Shown here piece by piece: positions 51,602 through 62,290 of a stretch of DNA of 64,000 bases. Where the stretch lies: the NCBI GenBank assembly GCA_965644315.1, contig CBFFRQ010000094.1, forward strand, positions 124,001-188,000, written 5' to 3'. The notes under the pieces were generated by a model that saw only the letters and a program-made list of their open reading frames with translations, made no database searches and was not told where the DNA came from. A program made the position numbers and the translations under genes. Source of the stretch: Caecitellus pseudoparvulus. Lineage: Eukaryota; Protista; Bigyra: Bicosoecida. The first letter of the stretch is position 1, and every line of letters begins with the position of its first letter.

Positions 51602-53806
51602 ATGGCTGTACCGGAACCGGACACCACAGGCACCGGAGCGACCAGCTTGCAGTCCGCAACAGAGCAACTGAATGCTGTTCAAAAGATTATCAGCATTGCT
51701 GCCAGCCACCAAGCGCTTCCTGTTGATAGCAGCCCGGCCAGTCCATGGACACCGCCACCTTCACCCGCGCTGCTCGAGGGTTTGCTCGACCCCACCAGTG
51801 GTGGCGCTGGCTCCCCTTCCAGAGCAACTTCTTTAGATTTACAGGCACAGTCAGTTCTAGAGGGGGCAAGCACTCACTCAGGAAGCCGACCAGTGCCGCA
51901 GGGTGCAGCCACAGCTCAAGTTTTGTTCGCATCCAGTGCAGCCGGTGACGGAGAGGTTGGAGGTGCTGGGGGCGATCCCGAAGCCTCCGCCCAGGAGCCA
52001 GGAAGTCCACAAAGCCCATGCAAGAAGTATTTTAGGCTGCTGGAGGCCGCTGATCATGGCCCGCACTTCAGAGCAGACGTGGTGAAGCGGGTTGCGCTTG
52101 AGTTGCTGACACGCCTTTCCCATAAATTCTCCCCAGACGCATCGTTCACACCCCACGTGATCCATTCAGAATGTGTCGCTGGGTCTCTTGATGGGCTGCT
52201 GTCCTCCATGGCCAAGAACTTGGTCATGAACTCAATCCCGCACACACGGCTGTGCACCGCGGAGTCTCACCCGGAGATCCAGCGACCCCTCCTTGCGTGG
52301 GCTGCTGTTGCTGGACACCGATCCCAGCGGCAGCGCTACCTCAGCAGTCAGATTGGCGAGGTAGCTGTGAGAATTTGTGATACTTGGCCCCTGGCCGGGA
52401 GCGGTGAAGGGAGCGAGGGGTTGGTGTTCCTGTGCAACAGCATGCTGACGTACATCAACGCGCTAGGTGTTCCTGTGGCAGTCCAGGCTGCACATGACAG
52501 CACCTTCCACGAATCAAGTACTTCAGGCCCGGTGGAGCCCGTCTACGGCTGCATTCCCGGTCGCAAGACGGTCAAGTCAGGCACAGATGGAGGCGAGCAC
52601 TTCCGGAAGTTCAAGCACGTTGCCTGTTCATTGGAAGAGCCAACACCCTCTCCCGATCTCATGCTGCGTGTGCTGTTCTGGCACATCGCTTTTGTGCTGC
52701 AGGAGGTGGCAGCACATGCCTGCATCAAGCGAAGCGCAGCCGGTGAGACTCCCGCACGGAAGCTCTGCCCTGATGTGCTTGGGTTGGACGTATCGCTGAG
52801 CAAGACACCTTTCTTGGCATACGAAGTGGTTCTTCGCACAGAGTTTATTGCTGGGATAAGCGCTGAGGCTTATCTGAGGAACAAGGACCAACCTGGCTTG
52901 CCAGGTGTGGAAAAACTGAGGGAGAACATGCTTGTCTTGGACGCTTGCCTGGACACGCTGCAACGAGTTCACGAAGCAGGCATTGTGCATGGCGATGTAA
53001 AACCAGAGAATTTTATGATCCAGGTTGATCGAGAGGCCAATACGTGCAGTGCAGTCCTCATTGACTTGGAGGGCGCCAGGGCGGACATGACGCCGATAAT
53101 CGATGAGAGTCAAGCCTTGGCCGCGATGCAAGCTGGCTTGGCAGGTATGTTCGTTGGAGAGCTCAGTGCTAGTGGCGAGCCTAAGAACCTGATCAAAAGC
53201 ATGGTGGAGGCTGCGGTTCCCGGGTATATTTCCACAACAAGGTACCGGTCCCCTTTCCTGTTAAATTCGCACTTGCTGACCAGCGAGGAGTGTATTCTGG
53301 GCCTGCACATCACTTCGAGTCTGGACATGTGGAGTGTTGGCGTTATGGTCATGGATGCAATCCTTGGGAAGACTGCAAGTGACCCATACCTGCCCGGCAA
53401 AAGTGGTCCTTTTTTGGAGGATGTGTACAACTTGGCAAAAAGAGTTGAGTACCGTCCAGAAGAGACTCCGTGCCTGCCGGAATGGGATAATGTGCGGGCA
53501 GCATTGGAAAGCCACCTTCGCAAAATGGGGGCTACCGAGCCGGGGCCCTTGGTACTCTGCCTTGGCAAGTGCTTTGCACGCTCTCGCGGGCAAGTGCCCA
53601 GTGCTGCAGAGCTGCAAGTTGAACTGGAGCAACTGCGAAATCAGCTAGCTCTCGGAAAGGTGGATCCATCGGCGCCTGCAGAAGCCGTGATAGAGATGCC
53701 TGCAGTAGCTGGAGCAGGGGGTGGTGCTGCTGCGGAGCCGCAGCCTCCGTCGCACTCCACTGCACCCCAGACAGCGTCTGCAGATTCCTACCTCGGTGCC
53801 AGGTGA
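51602..53806 (+). CDS. divergent Ser/Thr protein kinase (non-RD)
   Basis: VHEAGIVHGDVKPENFMI, VLIDLEG (DFG equivalent), STTRYRSP, SLDMWSVGVMVM. Intronless; ATG at 51602. Confidence 0.9.
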   Translation: MAVPEPDTTGTGATSLQSATEQLNAVQKIISIAASHQALPVDSSPASPWTPPPSPALLEGLLDPTSGGAGSPSRATSLDLQAQSVLEGASTHSGSRPVPQGAATAQVLFASSAAGDGEVGGAGGDPEASAQEPGSPQSPCKKYFRLLEAADHGPHFRADVVKRVALELLTRLSHKFSPDASFTPHVIHSECVAGSLDGLLSSMAKNLVMNSIPHTRLCTAESHPEIQRPLLAWAAVAGHRSQRQRYLSSQIGEVAVRICDTWPLAGSGEGSEGLVFLCNSMLTYINALGVPVAVQAAHDSTFHESSTSGPVEPVYGCIPGRKTVKSGTDGGEHFRKFKHVACSLEEPTPSPDLMLRVLFWHIAFVLQEVAAHACIKRSAAGETPARKLCPDVLGLDVSLSKTPFLAYEVVLRTEFIAGISAEAYLRNKDQPGLPGVEKLRENMLVLDACLDTLQRVHEAGIVHGDVKPENFMIQVDREANTCSAVLIDLEGARADMTPIIDESQALAAMQAGLAGMFVGELSASGEPKNLIKSMVEAAVPGYISTTRYRSPFLLNSHLLTSEECILGLHITSSLDMWSVGVMVMDAILGKTASDPYLPGKSGPFLEDVYNLAKRVEYRPEETPCLPEWDNVRAALESHLRKMGATEPGPLVLCLGKCFARSRGQVPSAAELQVELEQLRNQLALGKVDPSAPAEAVIEMPAVAGAGGGAAAEPQPPSHSTAPQTASADSYLGAR

Positions 53807-53990
53807 CTTTGAAGCCCCCCCTCACAGCGCAGACCGCCAAGAATGGTATCCGCACTTGACCAGCTGCCAAGAAAAATCAAAAGGCATCAAAGTTCCTCAA
53901 TATGGTTTGTAATCTGCCCCCCTCCCTGCAATTCACCTCTCCTGACAGCTCTGAATTGGTCTTAGCGTTACACGTGAAACGCAAGCCAGA

Positions 53991-54962
53991 ATGTCTGCCT
54001 CTGCAGCTGCTGCCAAGCTTGCCCAGCAATGTGCACCTGCTGTGTTCATGGTGCATCCAAGTGCTTTTGCATACAATGTGGAGACTGCTCGGGACAACGC
54101 CTTCATGCAGCAAGGCAGCGAACAGGTGGCTGAGCGTGCCGCGAAGGAGCATGCTGGGGTGGTGTCTGCGTTGCGCAAGGCAGGCGTGCAGGTGCACTTG
54201 GCTGAGGGGCGGGGCCTTCCGGACGAGTGTTTTCCGAACAACTGGGTGTCTTTTCACAAGGGCACGGCGCACTTGTACCCCATGGCCACACCCTCGCGCC
54301 GGGGTGAAGTCGACACTGACCTGCTGTTCGAAAGTGGCGCACTGCCAAAGCACGGCGCGTGGCGCGTGCAGGACTGGCGCCGGCACATGCTGGCTGAGCA
54401 GGGCGCTGCCTTGGAAGGCACGGGCGCCTTGGTCTTGGACAGAGTGAACCGGGTCGCGTACTTGTGCAAGTCTGCCCGTGGTGACGAGGCCCTGGCTGCT
54501 GCGTGGTGCCAGGCACACTCGCCGCCCTACACGCTGCACGCTTTCCAAGGGGCGCTGCCTGGGCCAGATGGCACGCCCGTTCCTGTGTACCATACCAACG
54601 TGCTCATGGCAGTGGGTGCCCACACAGCGGTGGTGTGCCCGCAGGCAGTAGTGAGTGACTCCGAGCGGACTGCGCTGCTGCGGGATTTGAAACGCGGCGG
54701 CAGGGAGGTGGTGGTCATTTCCCCTTCGCAAGTCAGCTCGTTCGCTGGCAACATGCTGCAGCTGCGCGCGGCAGGTGGCTCGTCATCGGTGTGGGCCATG
54801 TCTGCTTCTGCTCACGCAGCGTTGACGCCGCAGCAGCTCGCGCAGCTGACGGCACATGGGGAAGGCGTGGTGCCGTGTGCCATTCCAACCATTGAGCAAG
54901 TTGCAGGTGGGTCTGTACGTTGCCTTTTGGCGGAAGTGTTCCCAGCCCCAGAGAGGTCGTGA
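53991..54962 (+). CDS. amidinotransferase/pentein family hydrolase, CtlX (citrulline utilization hydrolase)-like
   Basis: VFMVHPSAFAYNVETARDNAFM, PDECFPNNWVSFH, LYPMATPSRRGE, LEGTGALVLDRVNR, VYHTNVLMAVG, FAGNMLQL, IPTIEQVAGGSVRCLLAEVF (C-terminal catalytic Cys). Confidence 0.92.
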   Translation: MSASAAAAKLAQQCAPAVFMVHPSAFAYNVETARDNAFMQQGSEQVAERAAKEHAGVVSALRKAGVQVHLAEGRGLPDECFPNNWVSFHKGTAHLYPMATPSRRGEVDTDLLFESGALPKHGAWRVQDWRRHMLAEQGAALEGTGALVLDRVNRVAYLCKSARGDEALAAAWCQAHSPPYTLHAFQGALPGPDGTPVPVYHTNVLMAVGAHTAVVCPQAVVSDSERTALLRDLKRGGREVVVISPSQVSSFAGNMLQLRAAGGSSSVWAMSASAHAALTPQQLAQLTAHGEGVVPCAIPTIEQVAGGSVRCLLAEVFPAPERS

Positions 54963-55564
54963 AGCTCGAGAGGCAGGGAGTGACAAAGAACGGAAACCTT
55001 GTGCCGAACTGCGCTCCCCATTGCATTGAAGTGGGAAAGAGACCCGCAAGAAGTGCTCCAGCCGACGATGTGATCGCTAAGCTGCGAATCCTTAGCTTGT
55101 GCACGGTGCCTCGGCTTCTCTCCGCCCCATGGGTGATGCACCAGGAGTCACAGTGCCTGTCAGAGACAATTCCCGCTGCGTCCTCGGCAGCAGGGTCGCT
55201 CACCGTGAACCATTGGGGGGCTGTTCCAAAGTCAGGCGCTAGCAGCCTCTGTTCTCAGGTCGGGCCAATGCACTTGCCTGCATGTGCAAGCAGTGAAACA
55301 CCCACAGTGGCCATCCGGTGGATGGGCTGCTTGGTAGGGCCAGTGTTTGTCCCCCCCAGGCAAGCGCTGTTCCAGAAACCAGCGAAAGATGGAGGAGCAA
55401 ACAACCCATAAAACAAAGTGCTCGAGAAAATCCTGCCGCTGTGAAGTTTTCCTGCACGCTCACCTGCACCTGACGCCTTGCCTCCAAGCCAACTTCTGGT
55501 TGTCCGGAGCGTGCCTTGCCTTGCACCAGCGACCGCTGGCAGACAGCAGTCAGCTTCGGGAGGC

Positions 55565-56587
55565 ATGGCGGGAACTGGGGGTGGAAAGCGATATGGTCTT
55601 ATCTTGCGGAAGCCGCCAGCCGGCGTGCCAGCCAGCACGCGTGGACCGGTGAAGGGGCCCTCCCTCCCCTCGACTGGCGTTTCGGCTGCGTTTGGCGGGG
55701 ACGATTCAGACGAAGACGACATGGCGCAGCGCATTGCTGCGCAGCAACGCCAACTGTACGGTGGGCAGGCCACTCAACCAAGCACGTCAGCTCACGAGGC
55801 TGGTGGGGATGTCGCTGACTACGACGCCTGGCTTGGGGAACAGCAGGCACAGCGGAAGGCTGAGCGGGAGGCCAAGCGGCGGCAGGGGCGCACGTCCAGG
55901 TACATCGGCACCCTGAAGCGCAACGCGGAGCGGCGCGCGTTCCAGCAGGAGAAGATCAAAGAACGCGTCATTCAGAAGGAGCAGGAGGCCGAGGCGGAGC
56001 AGTTCGGGGACAAGGAGCGTTTCGTCACGTCAGCGTACAAGGCCAAGCTGGCGGCCGACAAGCAGCGAGAGGAGGAGGAGGCGGCACGTGAGGCAGAGGA
56101 AGCGGCACGCAGCGCCAGGGGGCGCTCTGGCATGGCGGGCTTCTACGCCAACCTGGCCCACAATGTCGCCCTGGGCGGGGCAGGCCACGACGGGCAACGC
56201 CTGGCCAAGCCGCCTGCCGCCGCCTCTGCCCCTCCAGCCCAGCCGCCCACGGCTAGTGTGGGGCGAAGCGTCGAGGCGCCTTCCAGGCCTGCAGCACCAG
56301 TGTCTCGGTCTGCGCCAGCTACAGACGGCTTTGACGACGACTTTGACGAGCCTGAAGTGTTTGTGCCGGGTCAGGCACCAGCGCCAGCACCAGCACCTTC
56401 CCCCGAGGAGGCCAATCGAGGGCGCAGCCGCAGCCCACCCCCTGTGCGTCGTGAGGCACTTGCTACCAATACCGTAGCGCCTCCCAGGCAGCCCTCTGGG
56501 GTGGGGCAGGACGCCGTGGAAGCTGCCAAGGCTCGAGCGCTGGAGCGAGCCAAGGCCAGAGCAGCGGCAAGGGCTGCTCAAAGCTGA
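55565..56587 (+). CDS. NSRP1: nuclear speckle splicing regulator NSRP1/CCDC55-like protein (DUF2040)
   Basis: KRYGLIL, AFGGDDSDED, DYDAW, SRYIGTLKRNAERR, ERVIQKEQEAEAEQFGDKERFVTSAYKAKL, GMAGFYANL, C-terminal VEAAKARALER. Confidence 0.88.
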   Translation: MAGTGGGKRYGLILRKPPAGVPASTRGPVKGPSLPSTGVSAAFGGDDSDEDDMAQRIAAQQRQLYGGQATQPSTSAHEAGGDVADYDAWLGEQQAQRKAEREAKRRQGRTSRYIGTLKRNAERRAFQQEKIKERVIQKEQEAEAEQFGDKERFVTSAYKAKLAADKQREEEEAAREAEEAARSARGRSGMAGFYANLAHNVALGGAGHDGQRLAKPPAAASAPPAQPPTASVGRSVEAPSRPAAPVSRSAPATDGFDDDFDEPEVFVPGQAPAPAPAPSPEEANRGRSRSPPPVRREALATNTVAPPRQPSGVGQDAVEAAKARALERAKARAAARAAQS

Positions 56588-56706
56588 CAGTGGGGGGTGC
56601 AGCGCACAATACATCACACCAGACAGTGCCCGGTACTCACTGTCAACGCCACAGGCTTGCCTCAAGTCGCGGTGTGGAAGTGTGCCACGGGACGGCGGTG
56701 TTGTGA

Positions 56707-56716
56707 GCGGAAATTG
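56707..56716. promoter_or_regulatory. GCGGAAATTG motif 25 nt upstream of the SMC1 ATG
   Basis: Exact copy of the recurrent 10-mer. Confidence 0.55.
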
Positions 56717-56741
56717 AGGGCTCGCCGTTGCCCAGGCCAGC

Positions 56742-59700
56742 ATGGGGCGCATCGACCACCTGGAGGTGGAGGACTTCAAGAGTTACGCGGGGAAGCAGGT
56801 CATTGGCCCCTTCCGTGGTTTCACGGCAGTCATCGGTCCGAATGGCGCCGGTGCGTGCCGCGCGGCGCCTCAAATGGCGCTGCACTCGCGCACATGCGGC
56901 GCAACGCCATCCACAGGCAAGAGCAACCTCATGGACGCCATCAGCTTCGTTCTGGGCCTGCAAGCCCGGCACTTGCGTGGCAACACGTTGAAAGACCTCG
57001 TGTTCAAGGTGGAGGGTGCCACTGGTGGCCCTTCCAGTGCGAGCGTGAAGCTCGTGTATGTCGTGGAGGATGGCGAGGTGGCAGGGAAGGCGGCCGGGAC
57101 GGAGTTGGTGTTCACGCGCCTCATCACGCCTGCTGGCGTCAGCACGTACAAGTTGGACGACAGGGAAGTGACGCACGCTGCCTACGACGCGACTCTGAAG
57201 AGCATCGGCGTGCTCACCAAGGCTCGCAATTTCCTGGTGTTTCAGGTGCGCCGCCCGCCGAGCTGGGTTTGAACGGCACCGGCACGCCCCTGCACTGCAC
57301 GCCGAGCTGCACCCTTGCCTCCTGCACAGGGCGACGTGCAAAACATGGGCAACATGACGCCTGACCGCATGCTGCAGCATCTGGAGCAAATTTCAGGGTC
57401 CTACGCGTTCAAGTGCGTGCCGCCGCGAAACGCCAGCTGCACGCCCTGCACGAGCCCCGTCCCCTGTACTCGAACGCCTGCACTCCCATGCACACTGACC
57501 AACACACAGGGAAGAATGTGACGCGTTGCAGGCTCAGTGTGCTGCGCTGCATGAGGAGTACACCTTCAAGCGCTCCCAACGCCAGAGCGTCAAGACTGAG
57601 AAAGCAGCATTGGAAGCGGACAAAGCCGAGGCAGAGGCGTACCTGGCAGCACAGGAGCAGCTGGCACACCTGCGCCTGCAGAGCTTTCTGTGGCAGCTGT
57701 TCCACATCGAGGGCGACCTGAGCAAGGGGGCGGGGCACATTGCCGGCCTGGGCGAGGAGTTGAGCGAGGCTGAGGCTGACGAGGCAGCGGCAACGCAGGA
57801 GGTGAAGGCGGGTCAAGCGCAGTACGCAGCCAGCAAGCGCCGGCGTACGGCAGCAGAGCGGTCCATGGCCGACCTCACCAAGGCAGTGGACAAGCACAGC
57901 ACGCGGGCGTCGGAAGCGCAAAACGCTGTCGTGCGCTGTGGCAAGGCAGTCGTCGCGCAGCAGGAGCGACTGGAGGCTGCCCAGCGTGACGCTGAGGCGG
58001 TGCGCGGCACCATTGCAGAGGTGGAGGGCGAGCTGTCCAAGCTGGCAGAGCAGATCACCGCCCTGGAGGGGGGTGGCGGCGAGGCGACAGGGGGGGGCGG
58101 CCTGGCCCTCACGGCCAAGCAGCTGCCCGAGTACACGAAGCTGAAGGCCGTGGCCCGGCAACGCACCGTGGAACACCGGCAGAGTGTGGAGTCGCTTGAG
58201 CGGGAGCAGGCGGGCGACAAGGACACGCTGGCCGACCTGTCAAGCCGTGTCAGCGCCTTCCAAGACCGCATCACTGCCGCTGAGAAGGACGTGGCGAGTT
58301 CCCGCGAGAAAATCGAAAAGTACCGCGCCACGCAGACGGCCGAGTCTGCAGGCATCGCGCAGGCCACGGAACACGTGCGGAAGTTGGAGGCTGAACTGCA
58401 GAGTGACGTGGCGCGCCAGGAAGCCCTGGCCAGCGAGCTGGGGGAGGTACAGGCGGCACTGCACGAGGCACGGGATGTGCGTCGCTCTTCGAATGAAGAG
58501 AAGGCCGCTGCCACTGCGCTGGCTGACATGAAGCGGCTGTACCCCGGCGTGCGGGGGCGTCTGGTGGACCTGGTGGCGCCGGCACAGGGGCGCTTCGCCA
58601 CGGCGGTGGACGTGGCCCTGGGGCGCCTGGGGGATGCCATCGTCGTAGATACGGGGGACGTCGCCGCCGAGTGCATTCAGTACCTGCGCTCCCATCAGGT
58701 GCGGGCGTGTTCGTTTCTGGCTCTGGACACCATCCGGCCGCCTGAGCCATCCCCCCGCCTGGCTCATCTGTCTGGCCCCTTCCGCCTGGCCACTGACGTC
58801 ATCGTGTGTGAGGATGCGCCCAGCCTGCCTGCGTTGGAGTTCGTCGTGGGCAACGTCGTCGTGGCTGACTCGTTGGCTGACGCGACGCTGCTGCGTTTCC
58901 AGCGCCGTGTCGTGTGCAAGGTGGTGACTCTGGACGGCTCCATCGTGGCCAAGAACGGCCACATGACGGGGGGAGTCAGCGCCAAGGGCGGCGGCCGGCG
59001 GCGTTTCGACGAGAAGGCCCTTGCCGCGCTCAAGTCCAAGCGTGATGCGTTGCTGAGCGAGGAGGAGGCGCTGCGCCGCCGCACTGGGTCTGGCCCTGCC
59101 AGTCGTGGGCGCAGCAAGCTGGGCCGCACCATTGAGAGCGTCAAGAACACCGTGAAGGTGGGCCAGAACAAGCTGCGCGCCATCTCGGACGCCATGACGC
59201 GCATGGAGGCCCGTGTCGCCCAGCGCACGCAGGAGCTGACCAACATCCGCTCCGAGCTGGGGGAGTTGACGCCGAAAGTGGAGGCGCTGACGGCAGCCGT
59301 AGCCGCACGGCAGGAGCGGCTGGACACCCTGCACTCCCAGGTGCACAGCGCAGAGGATGAGGTTTTCGCAGACTTCTGTGCGAAGCACGGCCTGGGCAGC
59401 ATTCGGGAGTACGAGACGACGGTGGTGGCGGCGGCGGCTGCGCGTTCCCAGGAGCGGGAGGGACTACAAGATGCACACAGCAAGCTAGTGAGCAAGCGAG
59501 ACTTTGAGGCGTCTCGCCTGGCAGACCTGCAGCGGCTCATGACGGCAGCAGAGACGGGCGTGCTCAAGGCACAGGCGGCGGAGGTGGACGCGAAACGCGC
59601 CCTGGAGACGGCCAACGCAGACGTGGAGACGGCTCGGCAGAGCCTCGGCAGCGCGCTGGATGAGCTGGAAGACACGCAGGCAGCGTTTGACGCAGCAGAG

Positions 59701-61356
59701 GGCGCCATGAAGGCTGCTAAGCGCAAGCGCGAGGTCGCGCGGAAGGCGGCGCAGGACGTCCAGAAACGCATCGCGGCACATGATGCGCTCATGGAGAAAC
59801 GGCGCGCCGCCCGGCACGACCTCCTCGTGCGAGCACGGGTCGCGCAGGTGAGCATCCCACGTGTTCCCGGCGCCGGTGGAGGGGACAGCGCCGACACGCC
59901 TGCCTCCAGTGAAGAGGGAAGCGCTGCCCAGGCAGGCAGCGTGGCGGAGACGGGCACCACTCGCTCGGCGCGTTTCTCCCGTGCCTCTGGCTCCGTCGTG
60001 GCCCAGGACGCCGCCGCCGCCTCCACCATTGACTTCTCGCAGCTGGAGCGGGAGGTGCCGCCTGGGGGTGCCAGCCCCGCCAAGGTGAAGGAGGTGGTGG
60101 CGGAGTACGACCGCGGCATCGCCGCCCTGGAGCGCAAGCTGGCAGGGTCCCAGCCCAACATGAAGTCTGTGGAACAGTTCACGGCAGCGGCAGATCGCCT
60201 GGCCGCCGCGGCGGGGGAGGAGCGTGCGGCCAAGGCGGCTCACGATGCGGCCCTGGCCAAGTTGCAGGGCGTGCAGGCGCAGCGCGAGCGCCTGTTCTTC
60301 GCTTGTTTCCAGGCGGTGCGGGACCGCGTCGAGCGGGTGTACGCCGACATGACCCGCAGCGAGGGGCAGCGCGGTGGCGGCCTGGCCAGCCTGTACCTGG
60401 AGCAAGACGACAAGGCGGAGTTCGGGGACATGCCGGCGGGCGTGCTGTACAAGGCACAGCCCCCCAACAAGCGCAGTCGGGACATGCAGGGCCTCAGTGG
60501 CGGCGAGCGCACTGTGGCCTCCCTGGCACTGCTCTTCGCCATGCACGATTTCGCCCCGGCACCGTTCTGTGTTCTGGACGAGGTGGACGATGCGCTGGAC
60601 ACTGGGAACGTGCGGTTGGTGTGTGACTACATCCGCCGCCGGGCGTCCACGGCGCCGGCTGCCGTGGCGCTGCGCAAGCGAGCCGCTGCAGACGCTGCTG
60701 GGCGGCGCGTGAGCGGCACCTCCAGCGCCCTGGCTCTCGACCGCCCCCTGCAGTGCATTGTCATCTCCCTCAAGAACGCGTTCTACTCCAACGCCGACGC
60801 CCTGGTGGGCATCTGCCGCGATGTGGCCGTGGACTGCTCCCGGGTCTTGACGCTGGACTTGGAGACGTTCGTGGACCACGCGCCACTGGCCGCCACCTCC
60901 CGCCAGCAGCGGGGCAAGGTGGGAGGGGGCGGTGTGGTCACACCTTTGCGCGCCGGCCGCCGTGCCACCGTGCTGCCGACGCACGCCAGCACGCCAGGCG
61001 GCTCCGTGCGCGGCGGGGAGGAGGACACAGCCAGCGTCGCAGGCAGTGAGAGTTCGCAAGCGGGGCACAGCTCGCGCTTCCGACGCGGGCAGCGCTTCCG
61101 CCGGGGGGGCAGTGAGACGGGCAGTGTCATTTCGGAGGTGTCGTCGGCCGCCTCCAGCGTCATGCACGCGGCCATGCGGCGCTTGAGCGGCGCCGGCGTC
61201 GACATCGGCGTGTCGCAGGAGACGACCGTCGGCGGCGCGGTGCGACCTCGCATCCAGTTCGACGACGATGAGGAGGAAGAAGCGGCGGGCGAAGAAGCCG
61301 CCACGCAGGATGTCACCCAGCGCAGCGGCACTCGCAAGAGCTCCCGAGTACGGTGA
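56742..61356 (+). CDS. SMC1: cohesin subunit SMC1 (4 exons)
   Basis: Introns 56851-56916, 57246-57329 and 57413-57509. FKSY, GPNGAGKSNLMDAISFVLG, KARNFLVFQGDV, hinge YPGVRGRLVDL...VTLDG...MTGG, LSGGERTVASLALLFAMH, FCVLDEVDDALD, QCIVISLK. Confidence 0.97.
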
Positions 61357-61430
61357 CTGAGCGGCATGCCCACGCCGCTGACTGTTCGTTGAATGCATCC
61401 TGCGCTGTGGCGGCGGCGAGCGGGGCGTCG

Positions 61431-62279
61431 TCAGGTTCCGCCTGCCCTGGCGTCCACTGGCAAGGCTGGCGGTTGCATGGGCGCGGCCTGCTGCGTCAAG
61501 ACGCGAGCCACTTCCTGGCGCACGGCAGGGCTGTACAGCAGCGCTGTGTGGCTCCAGGCGTGTGCGGTGTGTGTGTGGGGTGTGGTGAGGCCCGTCTCCC
61601 ACGGCCACAACACACCATCGTGCCGCCCGGGTGAGGCAACGCCGCCCTCCCCCCCCTGGGCCGGCGACGGGGGGCGCATGAGGGGGTTCCACCCCCCCTC
61701 CCCACGAATGACGTGCACAGTGGACAGGCTGGCTGGCAGGTCGCCTGCCGCGGCAGCCCACCACTCCGGCCCGTGCCGAGCCAGCTGCTGCCCGCAGGCC
61801 GACCCCAGAAACGCCTTGCCCAGGAGGCCCTGGCCCAGCTGCCGAGCAAGGGCACACCCGTGGTTCATGGGGGCGATGAGAACCACTCTGGAGCCGTCTG
61901 CTTGTGCACAGGGGGACAGCGCCCCTGCCGGGCTCAGCGCGTGTCCCCCCCAGTTCACGGCCCGCAGAGCGCCTCGCAGCACCAGAGCACCGTACGAGTG
62001 CGCCACGAAGTGCACCTTGCACGTGCCCACGTGAGACTTGTGGCGCTCCAGGGCCTCAGCCAGGTCTTCCACCTGCTCCTCAAAGGTCGTCGCCTTGGCG
62101 TAGTACGTCCAGGCTACAGGCAACACGCCGTGCTGGGCCAGGGTGTGCTGCAGGGGCAGCCATTGGTGCGCCTTGGACCTGAACCCCCCGATCAACATGA
62201 CAGTAGGCTTACTCAGTAACGCTGAGCGCAGCGCGCCTGAGGGCACGTTCGAATACGCCCATGGAAGACACGCTGCCAT
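61431..62279 (-). CDS. alpha/beta-hydrolase (esterase/lipase with AHSxG elbow)
   Basis: VHFVAHSYGALVLR, RVVLIAPMNHG, HDGVL (Asp), WSHTALL (His). Probable ATG at 62279. Confidence 0.85.
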   Translation of the reverse strand: MAACLPWAYSNVPSGALRSALLSKPTVMLIGGFRSKAHQWLPLQHTLAQHGVLPVAWTYYAKATTFEEQVEDLAEALERHKSHVGTCKVHFVAHSYGALVLRGALRAVNWGGHALSPAGALSPCAQADGSRVVLIAPMNHGCALARQLGQGLLGKAFLGSACGQQLARHGPEWWAAAAGDLPASLSTVHVIRGEGGWNPLMRPPSPAQGGEGGVASPGRHDGVLWPWETGLTTPHTHTAHAWSHTALLYSPAVRQEVARVLTQQAAPMQPPALPVDARAGGT

Positions 62280-62290
62280 GGCGTTGCAAC

